Assembly (NCBI GenBank): GCA_035577805.1
Contig: DATLUX010000516.1
Span: forward strand, 4,841-68,840
DNA from: Verrucomicrobiia bacterium
GTDB taxonomy: Bacteria > Verrucomicrobiota > Verrucomicrobiia > Limisphaerales > JADJPG01
DNA length: 64,000 nucleotides
Direction: 5' to 3'
Made by a program: the position numbers and the translations under genes
The notes under the pieces: generated by a model
Database searches by the model: none
What the model saw: the letters and a program-made list of their open reading frames with translations, nothing else
Told to the model about the DNA's origin: nothing
Part shown: piece by piece, positions 19,203 to 30,486 of the stretch
How positions within the stretch are numbered: position 1 is the first letter of the stretch
Layout: each line of letters starts with the position of its first letter

Positions 19203-19341
19203 CTGCCCCCCCGAACAATGCAGTTTGGTGCGCGGCGTTTACGCCGCTTCATCGTCCGTCGGCTCGAGGACCAAGGAACTACCCAACGCTTCTTCCGATC
19301 CCCATCTCGAAGCGGCCTAAAGGCCGCGATCCCGGGGGCAG
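19203..19341. repeat. Palindromic intergenic element (family B, copy 2)
   Basis: Arms are ctgcccccccgaa.. / ..cccgggggcag. The core gcgcggcgtttacgccgcttca (19230-19251) is the exact reverse complement of 9184-9205. A second hairpin module is gaagcggcctaaaggccgc. Confidence 0.85.
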
Positions 19342-19407
19342 TATCCGAATGCGCCCCCGGCAAACAACGGTTGGACAATCCTCTCCTGACCCATTACCTA
19401 GAATGCT

Positions 19408-22044
<2,637 letters not shown>

Positions 22045-22119
22045 GTAGGCGCTGGTTTATCCCGCGGACACGGAGCGCGGCTCGGCGAGCCCCCCGCGAT
22101 GCCGCATGTCTCTTAGCTT

Positions 22120-23265
22120 ATGCAATGGTCCATTAAGGTTGCGCGGGTGGCCGGGACTGAGGTCCGGATTCATTTCACCTTTCTGCTTTTCCTGGCCTGG
22201 ATTGGCATTGGGTACTATCAAGAGGGCGGCGCTGCGGCGGCCATCCAAGGGATCCTTTTCATCGTGCTGCTGTTTGGTTGCGTGCTGCTGCACGAGTTCG
22301 GTCATGTCCTGGCGGCGCGCGTCTACGGCATCCGCACTCCGGATATCACGTTGCTGCCGATTGGAGGGGTCGCCCGCTTGCAGCGCATGCCGGACCAGCC
22401 TTGGCAGGAACTGATCGTGGCGCTCGCCGGGCCGGCCGTGAACGTGATGATCGCAGGCCTGCTCTTGCTCGTGACGGGTTTCAAATTCCACTTCTCCGAT
22501 TTGGAACAGATGCATCATCCTCAGGCGGCGCTGGCCGCCAAGGTCGCGGGCTTTAATGTCGTGATGGTGTTGTTTAATCTCATCCCGGCTTTTCCAATGG
22601 ACGGCGGGCGGGTTCTCCGCGCCGGGCTGGCTCTGGTGATGGATCACGGGCGGGCCACCCGGTTGGCGGCCCGGGTCGGTCAGGTGTTGGCCTTCGGGTT
22701 CGGCATTTTTGGATTGTTTGGGTCCCCGTCGCCCAATTGGCTGCTGATCGTTATTGCCTTGTTTGTTTACATGGGAGCGGCCCAGGAAGCTGCCATGGCG
22801 CAAATGAAGGACATGACCACCGGCCTCCCGGTCGCGGAGGCCATGGTCACCCAGTTTGTCACCCTGGCTGAAGGGGCGCGGCTCGAGGAAGCGGTGGAAG
22901 CCCTTTTGCGCACGTCGCAGCACGAGTTTCCGGTCGTAGACTCCGGCGGACGCCTGCTGGGGATTCTCACCAGAAACGATATGTTCGCCGCCCTCCAGCG
23001 CAGCGGCATGACGACGCCGGTCGTGGATGTGATGCGCCGGAACCTTCCGGCGGTGCATCCCTTCGATCCCTTTGAGCAAGCCTTTCGCCTGATGCAAGAG
23101 AGCAATTACCCGGCGTTGCCGGTGGAGGATGCGCAGGGACGGCTGGTGGGTTTGATAACGCCGGAGAACGTGGGCGAACTGATGTTTGTGCGCTCGGTGC
23201 TGCAGCGGGGAGCCGTTCCTCCCTGGCGGCGGGGCGCGTCCGTGGCCGGCCGGAGTGCTCCCTAG
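22120..23265 (+). CDS. Site-2 protease family (M50) metalloprotease with tandem CBS domains
   Basis: HEFGHVLAAR (HExxH) in TM2, NLIPAFPMDGGR second metal-ligand motif, and a C-terminal CBS pair (..HEFPVVDSGGRLLGILTRNDM.., ..YPALPVEDAQGRLVGLITPENV..). Confidence 0.85.
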   Translation: MQWSIKVARVAGTEVRIHFTFLLFLAWIGIGYYQEGGAAAAIQGILFIVLLFGCVLLHEFGHVLAARVYGIRTPDITLLPIGGVARLQRMPDQPWQELIVALAGPAVNVMIAGLLLLVTGFKFHFSDLEQMHHPQAALAAKVAGFNVVMVLFNLIPAFPMDGGRVLRAGLALVMDHGRATRLAARVGQVLAFGFGIFGLFGSPSPNWLLIVIALFVYMGAAQEAAMAQMKDMTTGLPVAEAMVTQFVTLAEGARLEEAVEALLRTSQHEFPVVDSGGRLLGILTRNDMFAALQRSGMTTPVVDVMRRNLPAVHPFDPFEQAFRLMQESNYPALPVEDAQGRLVGLITPENVGELMFVRSVLQRGAVPPWRRGASVAGRSAP

Positions 23266-23411
23266 TCCAGGAAAGGGAAGGGTGCATTGAGCGAATGCGC
23301 CCGTCTGGGAAAGAAAGCCAAGCCAGCGCTCGCCAAGGCCAAAAGATTCGCGAATACTCCCGGGCCTATGGATAGGGGACTGGTGGTTTTCACGCCAATC
23401 TAAATCCGAAC

Positions 23412-23873
23412 ATGGAACTCGTTCTTTTCATTGGCATTCCCGCCACCGGCAAAGCGCGTTTCTACCGGGAACGCCTTTTTCGCACGCATGTCCGCGTGAG
23501 CTTCGACATGCTCAAGAGCAAGAATCGCGAACAGCTGCTGGTCAGCGCCTGCCTGAACGGCGAGACGGCGTTCGTGGTGGACCATACCAACCTCACGCGC
23601 GAGGAACGCGCTCGTTACATCAACCCGGCGCGCACCGCCCGCTTTGCCGTGCACGGCTATTTCTTTCAATCCAATGTGTCGGAGGCCCTGGCGCGTAACG
23701 CCAGTCGTGAAGTCAGTGAGCGCATCTCCGAGTTTGCGATTCGCGGCGCCCGCGGCCGACTGGAAATGCCTTCTCTGAATGAGGGGTTTAATCGCCTCCA
23801 CTTCGTCCGTCTTGATGCCCGCGACCAATTTGTCGTGGAACCCTGGAAGGAGGATCACTCGTTGGCCAACTGA
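23412..23873 (+). CDS. Small P-loop kinase (polynucleotide-kinase / AAA_33-like)
   Basis: 153 aa. The Walker A-like motif is GIPATGKA. The layout is PNK-kinase-like (..VVDHTNLTREER.., ..P...EGFNRLHFV). Its last 19 nt overlap the 3' end of the convergent gspF-like gene. Confidence 0.6.
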   Translation: MELVLFIGIPATGKARFYRERLFRTHVRVSFDMLKSKNREQLLVSACLNGETAFVVDHTNLTREERARYINPARTARFAVHGYFFQSNVSEALARNASREVSERISEFAIRGARGRLEMPSLNEGFNRLHFVRLDARDQFVVEPWKEDHSLAN

Positions 23874-25174
23874 CTTTGGCCCTCGCTGTCCGGGTCGCCG
23901 AAGCCATCGATGATAGAGATGAGGGGCAGGAAAAGGGCGATGACAATGCTGCCCGCCACCAGGGCTAGGATCACGATCATAATCGGTTCCAGCAGCGACG
24001 TCATGCTCGCGACCGCATTGTCGACCTCCTCTTCGTAGGTATCGGCAATCTTCAGCAACATCTCCGGCAAGGCGCCCGTCTGCTCGCCGACGTCGACCAT
24101 GCCGACCACCATGGGCGGAAACACGCCGGAGGCAGCGAGGGGCGCGGTGATCGTTTCACCGTCCTTGACGCCCTCGTGCACCTGGCTGACCGCGGAGGCA
24201 ACGACCAGGTTTCCGGCGGTTTCTTTCACGATCGTGAGCGCCTGCAGGATGGGAACCCCACTGTGGACCAGCGTGCCCAGGGTCCGGCTGAACCGGGAGA
24301 TGGCAACCTGGCTGATCACATTACCCAGAATGGGCAGACTGAGTTTGATCCGATCAATCAGGCGCCGGCCGAAGCGGGTGCGGGCGAACCAAAGAAACCC
24401 CACGACTCCCAACGCCAGGGTCAATGAGGTGGCGAGCAGGTGGTGGGCTATGCTCGAGCTGAGATCAAACACGAACTCCGTGAAGGCCGGCAGCCCCCTT
24501 TTGGGAGCCAAGTCCTTGAAGATTTCCTTGAACCTGGGCACGACCCAAATGATCAGCACCGCCAGGATGATCACCGCCACCACCAGCACGGCGCACGGAT
24601 AGAACATGGCGGCGCGGACTTTGCTCCTGATCTTCTGGGCTTTTTCCATGAACTCGGCGATGCGCGCCAACACGACTTCGAGAATCCCGCCGATCTCGCC
24701 GGCTTTGACCATGTTGAGGTAAAGATGATTGAACACCTTGGGATGCTGGGCGAGCGCCTCGGTCAAGGTGCCTCCACCCTCGATGGTGCCCCCGATCTCG
24801 CCGATGATCCGTTTGAGGGCAGGATGTCGCTGTTGCGTTTCCAGCAGACGCAATCCGCGCAAGAGCGGCATGCCGGCATCAACCAGCGTGGCGAGTTGAC
24901 GCGTAAACGACGCGAGGATTTTCGCATTCACTCGGTCGCTCACACCCGGGATATGAATGGAGGTACGAAACAGGCCTTTGGTCCTGCCGGCCCGGCGCGC
25001 CCGACGGTGTGGGCGGGCGCCGGCGTTTCGAGGCTTGTCGGCGGCGGCAACTTTGGTCGGAAAGACCCCGAGTGCCTTGAGGCGCATCAACGCTTCGCTT
25101 TGGCTCGCTACTTCCATGACGCCCGCCGTTTCTCTTCCACGGGAGTCCAGGGCTACATACTTGAAGCTTGGCAT
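23855..25174 (-). CDS. gspF: Type II secretion / type IV pilus platform protein, GspF/PilC family
   Basis: Characteristic N-terminus MPSFKYVALDSRGRETAGVMEVASQSEALMRLKALGVFP. Two GspF repeats (..LATLVDAGMPLLRGL.., ..LGTLVHSGVPILQAL..) and three TM segments. ATG 25174 was chosen over the ORF opening at 25291. Confidence 0.85.
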   Translation of the reverse strand: MPSFKYVALDSRGRETAGVMEVASQSEALMRLKALGVFPTKVAAADKPRNAGARPHRRARRAGRTKGLFRTSIHIPGVSDRVNAKILASFTRQLATLVDAGMPLLRGLRLLETQQRHPALKRIIGEIGGTIEGGGTLTEALAQHPKVFNHLYLNMVKAGEIGGILEVVLARIAEFMEKAQKIRSKVRAAMFYPCAVLVVAVIILAVLIIWVVPRFKEIFKDLAPKRGLPAFTEFVFDLSSSIAHHLLATSLTLALGVVGFLWFARTRFGRRLIDRIKLSLPILGNVISQVAISRFSRTLGTLVHSGVPILQALTIVKETAGNLVVASAVSQVHEGVKDGETITAPLAASGVFPPMVVGMVDVGEQTGALPEMLLKIADTYEEEVDNAVASMTSLLEPIMIVILALVAGSIVIALFLPLISIIDGFGDPDSEGQSQLANE

Positions 25175-25518
25175 AATTCGAATGGCTCGCTTCCGGCGCC
25201 AATGTTTGGCAGTCGGGGATAGCGAGGTCCCGCCGGCCCCTGCGGAGGTGCGACATCGTTCAGACCTCGATACATCAGCCGCCCGGAGCAAGACCGGCGG
25301 AGGTCGCTGGTGGGTTTAGATGGCGCCGGAGCGCACTCCTCACGCGGCGCGCGCGCTATTCTTCAACCGGCGCGCGTTGCGGCCTTCTCCTTACTTCAAT
25401 GCCTGCTAATGACCCGTTTGGAACTGTGCGAAGAAACCGTGTTGATCGAAGGGAAAATGTTGCACGAGCGCGATCGCAAGGACGTGTTCCTTTGGATCGA
25501 TTTGGCAGTCCGGAAGGT

Positions 25519-26403
25519 CTACTTCGGCTGGGAACGGTGGGGACGAAACTGGCTGGACTCCTCGGTGGTCCGGTAGCGCAGGGAGCCGAACAGTTTCCGG
25601 GCCACGAACCAGAGCGTCTGTTTGGCGTTCACCCACACACCATCCGGCATGCGGATGCGGTCCAAGGTAATCTGGCAATGGTTGAGCGAACCCATCAGAC
25701 CGAGCCAGCCCATGGAAATGGCCTCACGCAGGCTCGCATCCAGGCGGGCTACTTCGTAGTCTTGTTCGTCGACCCAAACGGTCCCCGCCAGGCGGGTCAG
25801 CACCTTGTCTTGGATGCTGCCATCGGTGGCGGGCGCGGATTTCGGCGCGAAACTCAGGACCAGGGTGGAACGTCCGCGCACTGTTTCGCGTTTAAGGATC
25901 ACGAACTCAAAGCGGTCGACCAGCTCCTGGGTGACCCAACTCTGCCCTTGCTCGGCTTGGCGTCTGAGGTTCATCCGAGTCACCTTGTCGCGAAACTCCG
26001 TTTCGCGCCGGGTTTCGCGTTCGAGTTCCTTCTCGGCAAGCTCGCGGCCGCCGATTCTCACCAGCCGGGAAAACGGCAACCCACCGATCAGTTCGACGCT
26101 GTAATATTTCTCCGTGGATTTAACCGCCTGTCCGTTGCTATCCAGTTCTTCGACCAACGCGCGCTTGTCGTAGGAGTAGCGAGTAGCGTTTCCCGCCCGG
26201 GCTACCTGCTGGGCTCGTTCCACAATCCGCCGCGTGACATTGGTGGCCGCCGGCCAGTCCGCGGTGGCCCCGGATGCGTTCAGATCCGGCCCGGCCGCCG
26301 CGCTTAAGCAGAGTCCAACCAGAACTTTCAGACCGCCCGCTTTCACCGCGGGCTTGCGCACCACGGTTACCTCTGGCCTGTGTTGTCTGGATGTTGCGCT
26401 CAT
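25519..26403 (-). CDS. Hypothetical secreted protein (possible LolA-like beta fold)
   Basis: Signal peptide (..LKVLVGLCLSAAAG) followed by a charged coiled segment and a beta-rich C-terminal half (..GTVWVDEQDYEVARLDA..). I recognise no motif. An alternative GTG start lies at 26487. Confidence 0.5.
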   Translation of the reverse strand: MSATSRQHRPEVTVVRKPAVKAGGLKVLVGLCLSAAAGPDLNASGATADWPAATNVTRRIVERAQQVARAGNATRYSYDKRALVEELDSNGQAVKSTEKYYSVELIGGLPFSRLVRIGGRELAEKELERETRRETEFRDKVTRMNLRRQAEQGQSWVTQELVDRFEFVILKRETVRGRSTLVLSFAPKSAPATDGSIQDKVLTRLAGTVWVDEQDYEVARLDASLREAISMGWLGLMGSLNHCQITLDRIRMPDGVWVNAKQTLWFVARKLFGSLRYRTTEESSQFRPHRSQPK

Positions 26404-26670
26404 CAGTCTGCGTCTGGCCTTGGCTGTGGCTCTGTGGTCGTCATTGTCCTTGGTGCGCCTCAATCGGCTGTCTTGTGGCACAATCACTCAACCGCTAACA
26501 GGTGGCAAGCCAACGATGGGCCAAAACGAAAACAACGTGCGGACGCCGTGTTTATTGAGGTTTGCACATGCGCACCTCCCGGCCTGGCCCGGAAATGTGC
26601 AATGAGCAATGGGCTTAATGCACGTAACTGGCTAGGTTCATGGCGAGTTCCGGTTGGGCAAGTAAGCGAG

Positions 26671-27369
26671 TCACCAATATTCCCAGGCGCGCCGTTGCAG
26701 GACCCACAGGCCGAGCAGCAGGTTAGTGAGGCCGTGTGCGACGATGGCATCGCCCAGGCGTTTTTTCCAACAAACCAACCCTTGGTACGCGAATCCGCAG
26801 AGGATGCCAGCCAGCCAATGGCGATGTTCGAAGCCGAAGACCACCGATGTGACCAAGAACGGGATCCAAAACCAGGCGCCGATGGGTACCGATTGGAAAT
26901 CCACCCGGGCCACGTAACGATAAAAGAAGGATCGATAGAAGACCTCCTCCAATGGCGGGACGACACAAGCGGAGCCGACCAGGCGCACGACGATGAAAAG
27001 CCAGGCGAACGCCGACCCCTGGCCAAAGGTGGCATGCGGGTTCCAGTCTGCGCCTGAGCCGGAAAGATTCGGCTTTGGGTATGAATGCGGAAAGCCGAGC
27101 TGCACCAAAAGAGGGTCCAGGCCCACCCAAAGAACGAACACAGCCGTCCCGACCACCAACGCTTCCCAGCTGAACACCCATTTCATCTCAGGGACCACGC
27201 CGCGAACCGCCCAAAGCATCCAGGCCGCCAGCAATGTCTTGGCGAGATACAGCCAATACGGTCCCGTCCGGCCAACGTAGCCTTGGGCAAACGTCACCAG
27301 GATGAAGACGACAAAAGGCGCGACGCGCGCCAGCAAGGGAGAGGAGGTGAGTTTGGAGAGCAGATTCAT
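26671..27369 (-). CDS. CPBP-family intramembrane glutamic endopeptidase (CAAX protease-related)
   Basis: 232 aa polytopic membrane protein with CPBP motifs ..PPLEEVFYRSF.. (EExxxR), ..FGFEHRHW.. (FxxxH) and ..IVAHGLTN.. (HxxxN/D). Confidence 0.8.
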   Translation of the reverse strand: MNLLSKLTSSPLLARVAPFVVFILVTFAQGYVGRTGPYWLYLAKTLLAAWMLWAVRGVVPEMKWVFSWEALVVGTAVFVLWVGLDPLLVQLGFPHSYPKPNLSGSGADWNPHATFGQGSAFAWLFIVVRLVGSACVVPPLEEVFYRSFFYRYVARVDFQSVPIGAWFWIPFLVTSVVFGFEHRHWLAGILCGFAYQGLVCWKKRLGDAIVAHGLTNLLLGLWVLQRRAWEYW

Positions 27370-27491
27370 GGACCGCCAGCCCCGGATCGTGTGCGGCTCG
27401 CGCTCGGAAGCGCGCCGCGCGTTCCGGGTGCCGGCGGGTCTACCCGGGAGCTGAACTCAGCGCAAGAACAACCGCAGTGAACGCGGGCTAA

Positions 27492-27578
27492 GAGGCAGGG
27501 CCTCAGACCTGCAAGGCAAGGACGGTTCTTTGCAAGATCGAACGGCTTGGAGGCCTTGCCGCTCTGAGGCCCTGCCTC
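27492..27578. repeat. Long hairpin / REP-like palindrome between the gspB-like and CPBP genes
   Basis: Perfect 16-nt arms gaggcagggcctcaga (27492-27507) and tctgaggccctgcctc (27563-27578), plus an inner 7-bp pairing ggcaagg/ccttgcc. No T-run follows on either strand. Confidence 0.8.
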
Positions 27579-27763
27579 GTTAGTTGCGCCTGCACCTGAC
27601 GACGCGCAGGTGACTTCGCAAGGTGCTCGCGACTCCCTCGCTCCTTAATGGGGTTTAATGGGGAGAGGGCGCAGGTGGGAAGCGGGACAAGATGTTCGGT
27701 TCCCAAAGAAAGGACAACAGATCCAGCGTCCCCCAACCACGCACCGGCGTGCGCGGCTTGCTT

Positions 27764-28306
27764 TTACCTCATCGTCAGGACCTTGCTTTGTCCGTCGACG
27801 ATGAGAGTCACGCTATCGCGCGTGATGGCTTTGACCTTGCCGCTGCCGACGGTGTCACCGATGTAAACGGTCTGGGAATTAACCACAGCGGAGGGGCGGT
27901 TAAGTCGGAAGAAGATCCCTTGCAGCCGAAAGGCTTCTTCGGTCGGGGCGGGTGTTTCTTCGACCACGAACCGACGGTTTTCAGGCGCGGCTGCGGGCGG
28001 CTCGGTTGCGGTGGTTGCCTGGGCAGCGACCACGGGGACGGGGGTCGGGGTGGCGTGGGGGATTTCCCTGGCCTGGATGTTCACGGGTTGAGGGTAGAGG
28101 AGGGCCTGGCGCCGGTGGTCCCAGCCTTTCACGATGAAAAAGCAAGCACCCGTGATCACAAACAGCAACACAGGCATGAAATAGGTCGGCAATCCGACCG
28201 AACCGTGGGACTCGGCCGCACGCATGGAGACGTCGAGATTGGTGCCGTCGGGCTTGGGAGCCCGGGCTTGGGTAGCGCGCTTGAGGGCGTCGTTGATCAA
28301 GCTCAT
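27764..28306 (-). CDS. GspB/ExeB-like bitopic membrane protein
   Basis: 180 aa. GspB-type N-terminus MSLINDALKRA, a single TM (YFMPVLLFVITGACFFIV), a Pro/Thr/Ala-rich linker, and a C-terminal beta domain (..VVNSQTVYIGDTVGSGKVKAITRDSVTLIVDGQ..). Its start overlaps the stop of the ExeA-like gene by 4 nt. Confidence 0.6.
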   Translation of the reverse strand: MSLINDALKRATQARAPKPDGTNLDVSMRAAESHGSVGLPTYFMPVLLFVITGACFFIVKGWDHRRQALLYPQPVNIQAREIPHATPTPVPVVAAQATTATEPPAAAPENRRFVVEETPAPTEEAFRLQGIFFRLNRPSAVVNSQTVYIGDTVGSGKVKAITRDSVTLIVDGQSKVLTMR

Positions 28307-29118
28307 AAGTCGATTTTCCCTTCCAACTCGCGGATGGCACGCCCGACCAAGCTGTAGTCGATGCTGCCGCGTTGCTGAACGAACCCAGCCAACAGGGATT
28401 TGTCGCAGACGGCATTGACCAGCCGCGGTATACCGTGGCTATAGCAATAAACCCGCCATAGTGCCGGAGCGGTGAATTGAGGGCGCCCCTTGGCGCCCGA
28501 GATGGACAGGCGATGCTGCACGTACTGGCGTATTTCAGCGCGTTTTAAGGGCCTTAGATGGTAGCGGACGGTAATTCGCTGGCGGAGTTGGCGCAGGGCT
28601 GGGTCGTTTAGCCGGTCTCTCAATTCGGGTTGTCCCATCAACACAATCTGGAGCAGCTTCCGATCATCTGTCTCCAAATTGGACAGGAGCCGGACCTGTT
28701 CGAGCAGGTCGTTGGTCAGGTCCTGGGCTTCGTCGATGACCAGGACGGACTCCCGTCCTGCCTCCACCTGATGGAGGAGGAAGAGGTTAATCTCTTCGAG
28801 GATTTCCAGGCGGTCCAAGCCCCGGGCGTCCAGGCCGAACTCGGTGGCGATAGCCCGCATCAACTGGTCGGCGCTCAGCACGGGATTCAAGATCAGGGCC
28901 GTAGAGCAATTATTGCCCAGTAGACCGAGCAGCGCCCGGCAAAGTGTGCTTTTCCCCGCGCCGACTTCACCGGTAATCTGGACGAACCCTTTGCGGGCCC
29001 GAATGCCGTAGAGCATGTGGTTCAGCGCTTCCCGATGCTTGGCGCCGTAATAAAGGAAGCGCGGATTGGGAGTGATGCTGAAGGGGTCTTCGCTCAGGCC
29101 GTAGTATTCCAAGTACAC
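28303..29118 (-). CDS. ExeA/GspA/MshM-like AAA ATPase (AAA_22 type)
   Basis: Hallmark N-terminus YLEYYGLSEDPFSITPNPRFLY. Walker A GEVGAGKST and Walker B LVIDEAQDL. About 271 aa, so it lacks the C-terminal peptidoglycan-binding domain of full-length ExeA. GTG 29118 was chosen; the ORF opens at 29205. Confidence 0.8.
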   Translation of the reverse strand: MYLEYYGLSEDPFSITPNPRFLYYGAKHREALNHMLYGIRARKGFVQITGEVGAGKSTLCRALLGLLGNNCSTALILNPVLSADQLMRAIATEFGLDARGLDRLEILEEINLFLLHQVEAGRESVLVIDEAQDLTNDLLEQVRLLSNLETDDRKLLQIVLMGQPELRDRLNDPALRQLRQRITVRYHLRPLKRAEIRQYVQHRLSISGAKGRPQFTAPALWRVYCYSHGIPRLVNAVCDKSLLAGFVQQRGSIDYSLVGRAIRELEGKIDL

Positions 29119-29310
29119 GCCCGGCCCTAAGCATAGTCTTTGCCGTTCCACCCTGCACCAGTAACGGGCGTCACGCCAGCTCAGCTGCAACGAAATCCAA
29201 ACCAACCTCGCCCTCCTGGCTTTGGCCTCTGTGGGTAATCCAACGGAAAGGACGCATTTTCGACCACTTCACGGCTTGTCCAGTGGTCAACCTCTGTTAC
29301 CTTCAGGGCT

Positions 29311-30327
29311 GTGTCAGACGTAGCGAGTCATGACCGAAAACCTCTGCGCTTGGCCATATGCGGTTCTTGCAAAAAGAAGCATTGGCTTTCCAGCGATTTG
29401 CCCCCCTTGGAACAGATCAACTGCAGCCAATGCGGGCATCCGGTCATCGTCCCGACCGTGATCCGGAACTTCGAAGTGCGCGAAGTCGTCGCCTCCGGAG
29501 GGATGGGCACCGTTTATCGGGCCTTCGATTCCAAGTTGGAACGGATGGTGGCGATTAAGATGCTCAAGCGCGAGATGGTCGAGGACAAGCAGGTCATGGA
29601 AAGCTTTTATCGCGAAGCCCGCGCCACCGCTGCCCTCAACCACACCAGCATCATTCACGTGTATTCCTTCGACGAACACGCGGGCAGCCCCTACATCGTC
29701 ATGGAACTGGCCGATCACGGCAGCCTCGACAGCTGGATTATTCGCGACGGCGTCGTGCCGGAACTCAATGTTCTCGATATCGGGATCAAAGTAGCCTCCG
29801 CCCTGGAGAGCGCTCTGCAACGCAACTTGCTCCATCGCGATATCAAACCCGGCAATATCCTCTTCAACGAATATGGCGAACCCAAGCTGGTGGACTTTGG
29901 ACTCGCCCGCCAGGCCGAGCAGAACGAGGAATATGAAGCCGCCGTCTGGGGCACCCCATATTATGTCGCTCCGGAAAAAATCCAGCGGCAGGGCGAGGAT
30001 TTTCACTCGGATATGTACAGCCTGGGCGGCACCCTCTACCATGCGTTAACCGGGCACGTCCCGTTCGAAGCTGAGACAGTGGAACAGGTCGTCGCCGGCC
30101 ACGTGCATACCCCATTGACGCCCCCCTGTGATGTCCGGGTCGAGATCAGTCAACTCACCAGCGACGCCATCACGACAGCCATGGCCAAGGAGCCCACTCA
30201 ACGGTTCGCCAGCTATAGCGAGTTCCAGATGGCGCTCGAAAATGCGCGCAGCCATTACCTGGTTGACATCCACAAACATCAGGGCGATGACCGCAAGAAC
30301 CAGGGCCGCTCCTGGTGGCGCCGGTAG
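29311..30327 (+). CDS. Ser/Thr protein kinase with N-terminal Cys4 zinc-ribbon
   Basis: Hanks kinase motifs GGMGTVYRA, VAIKMLK, HRDIKPGNIL, DFGLA, APE. The N-terminal CGSC-x17-CSQC pair forms the ribbon. No TM or other sensor domain. GTG start at 29311 (alternative TTG 29350). Confidence 0.85.
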   Translation: MSDVASHDRKPLRLAICGSCKKKHWLSSDLPPLEQINCSQCGHPVIVPTVIRNFEVREVVASGGMGTVYRAFDSKLERMVAIKMLKREMVEDKQVMESFYREARATAALNHTSIIHVYSFDEHAGSPYIVMELADHGSLDSWIIRDGVVPELNVLDIGIKVASALESALQRNLLHRDIKPGNILFNEYGEPKLVDFGLARQAEQNEEYEAAVWGTPYYVAPEKIQRQGEDFHSDMYSLGGTLYHALTGHVPFEAETVEQVVAGHVHTPLTPPCDVRVEISQLTSDAITTAMAKEPTQRFASYSEFQMALENARSHYLVDIHKHQGDDRKNQGRSWWRR

Positions 30328-30341
30328 GCCCCCTTCATCTT

Positions 30342-30425
30342 GTAGCAGCCGAGGTCAGGAGGCCTGCCCTGAGCTTGTCGAAGGGGCTCACTTCTTTCGA
30401 ACGCGCGTGTCGGGGAGGGAGTCGC
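30342..30425. repeat. MITE/REP-like element, family A, copy 2 (one-armed, truncated)
   Basis: gtagcagccgaggtcaggaggcctgccctgagcttgtcgaaggggctca.. matches the first ~50 nt of copy 3 (47905-) with 3 mismatches. The right arm is absent. Confidence 0.8.
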
Positions 30426-30486
30426 GTTCGCGGCCGTGCTCTTTTTGTCTCGATGAACCATCGGGTTCTTCGCATACTCCCGGGCG

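Noticed and set aside
19371-19404. Heat-shock (sigma-32-like) promoter upstream of clpB: TTGGAC (19371-19376), CCCATTA (19390-19396) and a TAGAAT -10-like hexamer (19399-19404).
   Set aside because: The resemblance to CTTGAA-N13-17-CCCCATNT is partial. The -10-like elements sit only 4-11 nt from the ATG, which implies an implausibly short leader. The promoter consensus for this lineage is unknown to me, so I do not report it as a feature.
25411-25576. A 55-codon plus-strand ORF (MTRLELCEETVLIEGKMLHERDRKDVFLWIDLAVRKVYFGWERW..) in the 344-nt gap upstream of gspF.
   Set aside because: Its third-position GC looks coding-like. However, it has no recognisable motif or RBS, overlaps the 3' end of the convergent 25519..26403 gene by 58 nt, and cannot be validated without homologues. 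It may deserve a tblastn check but is not reported as a gene.
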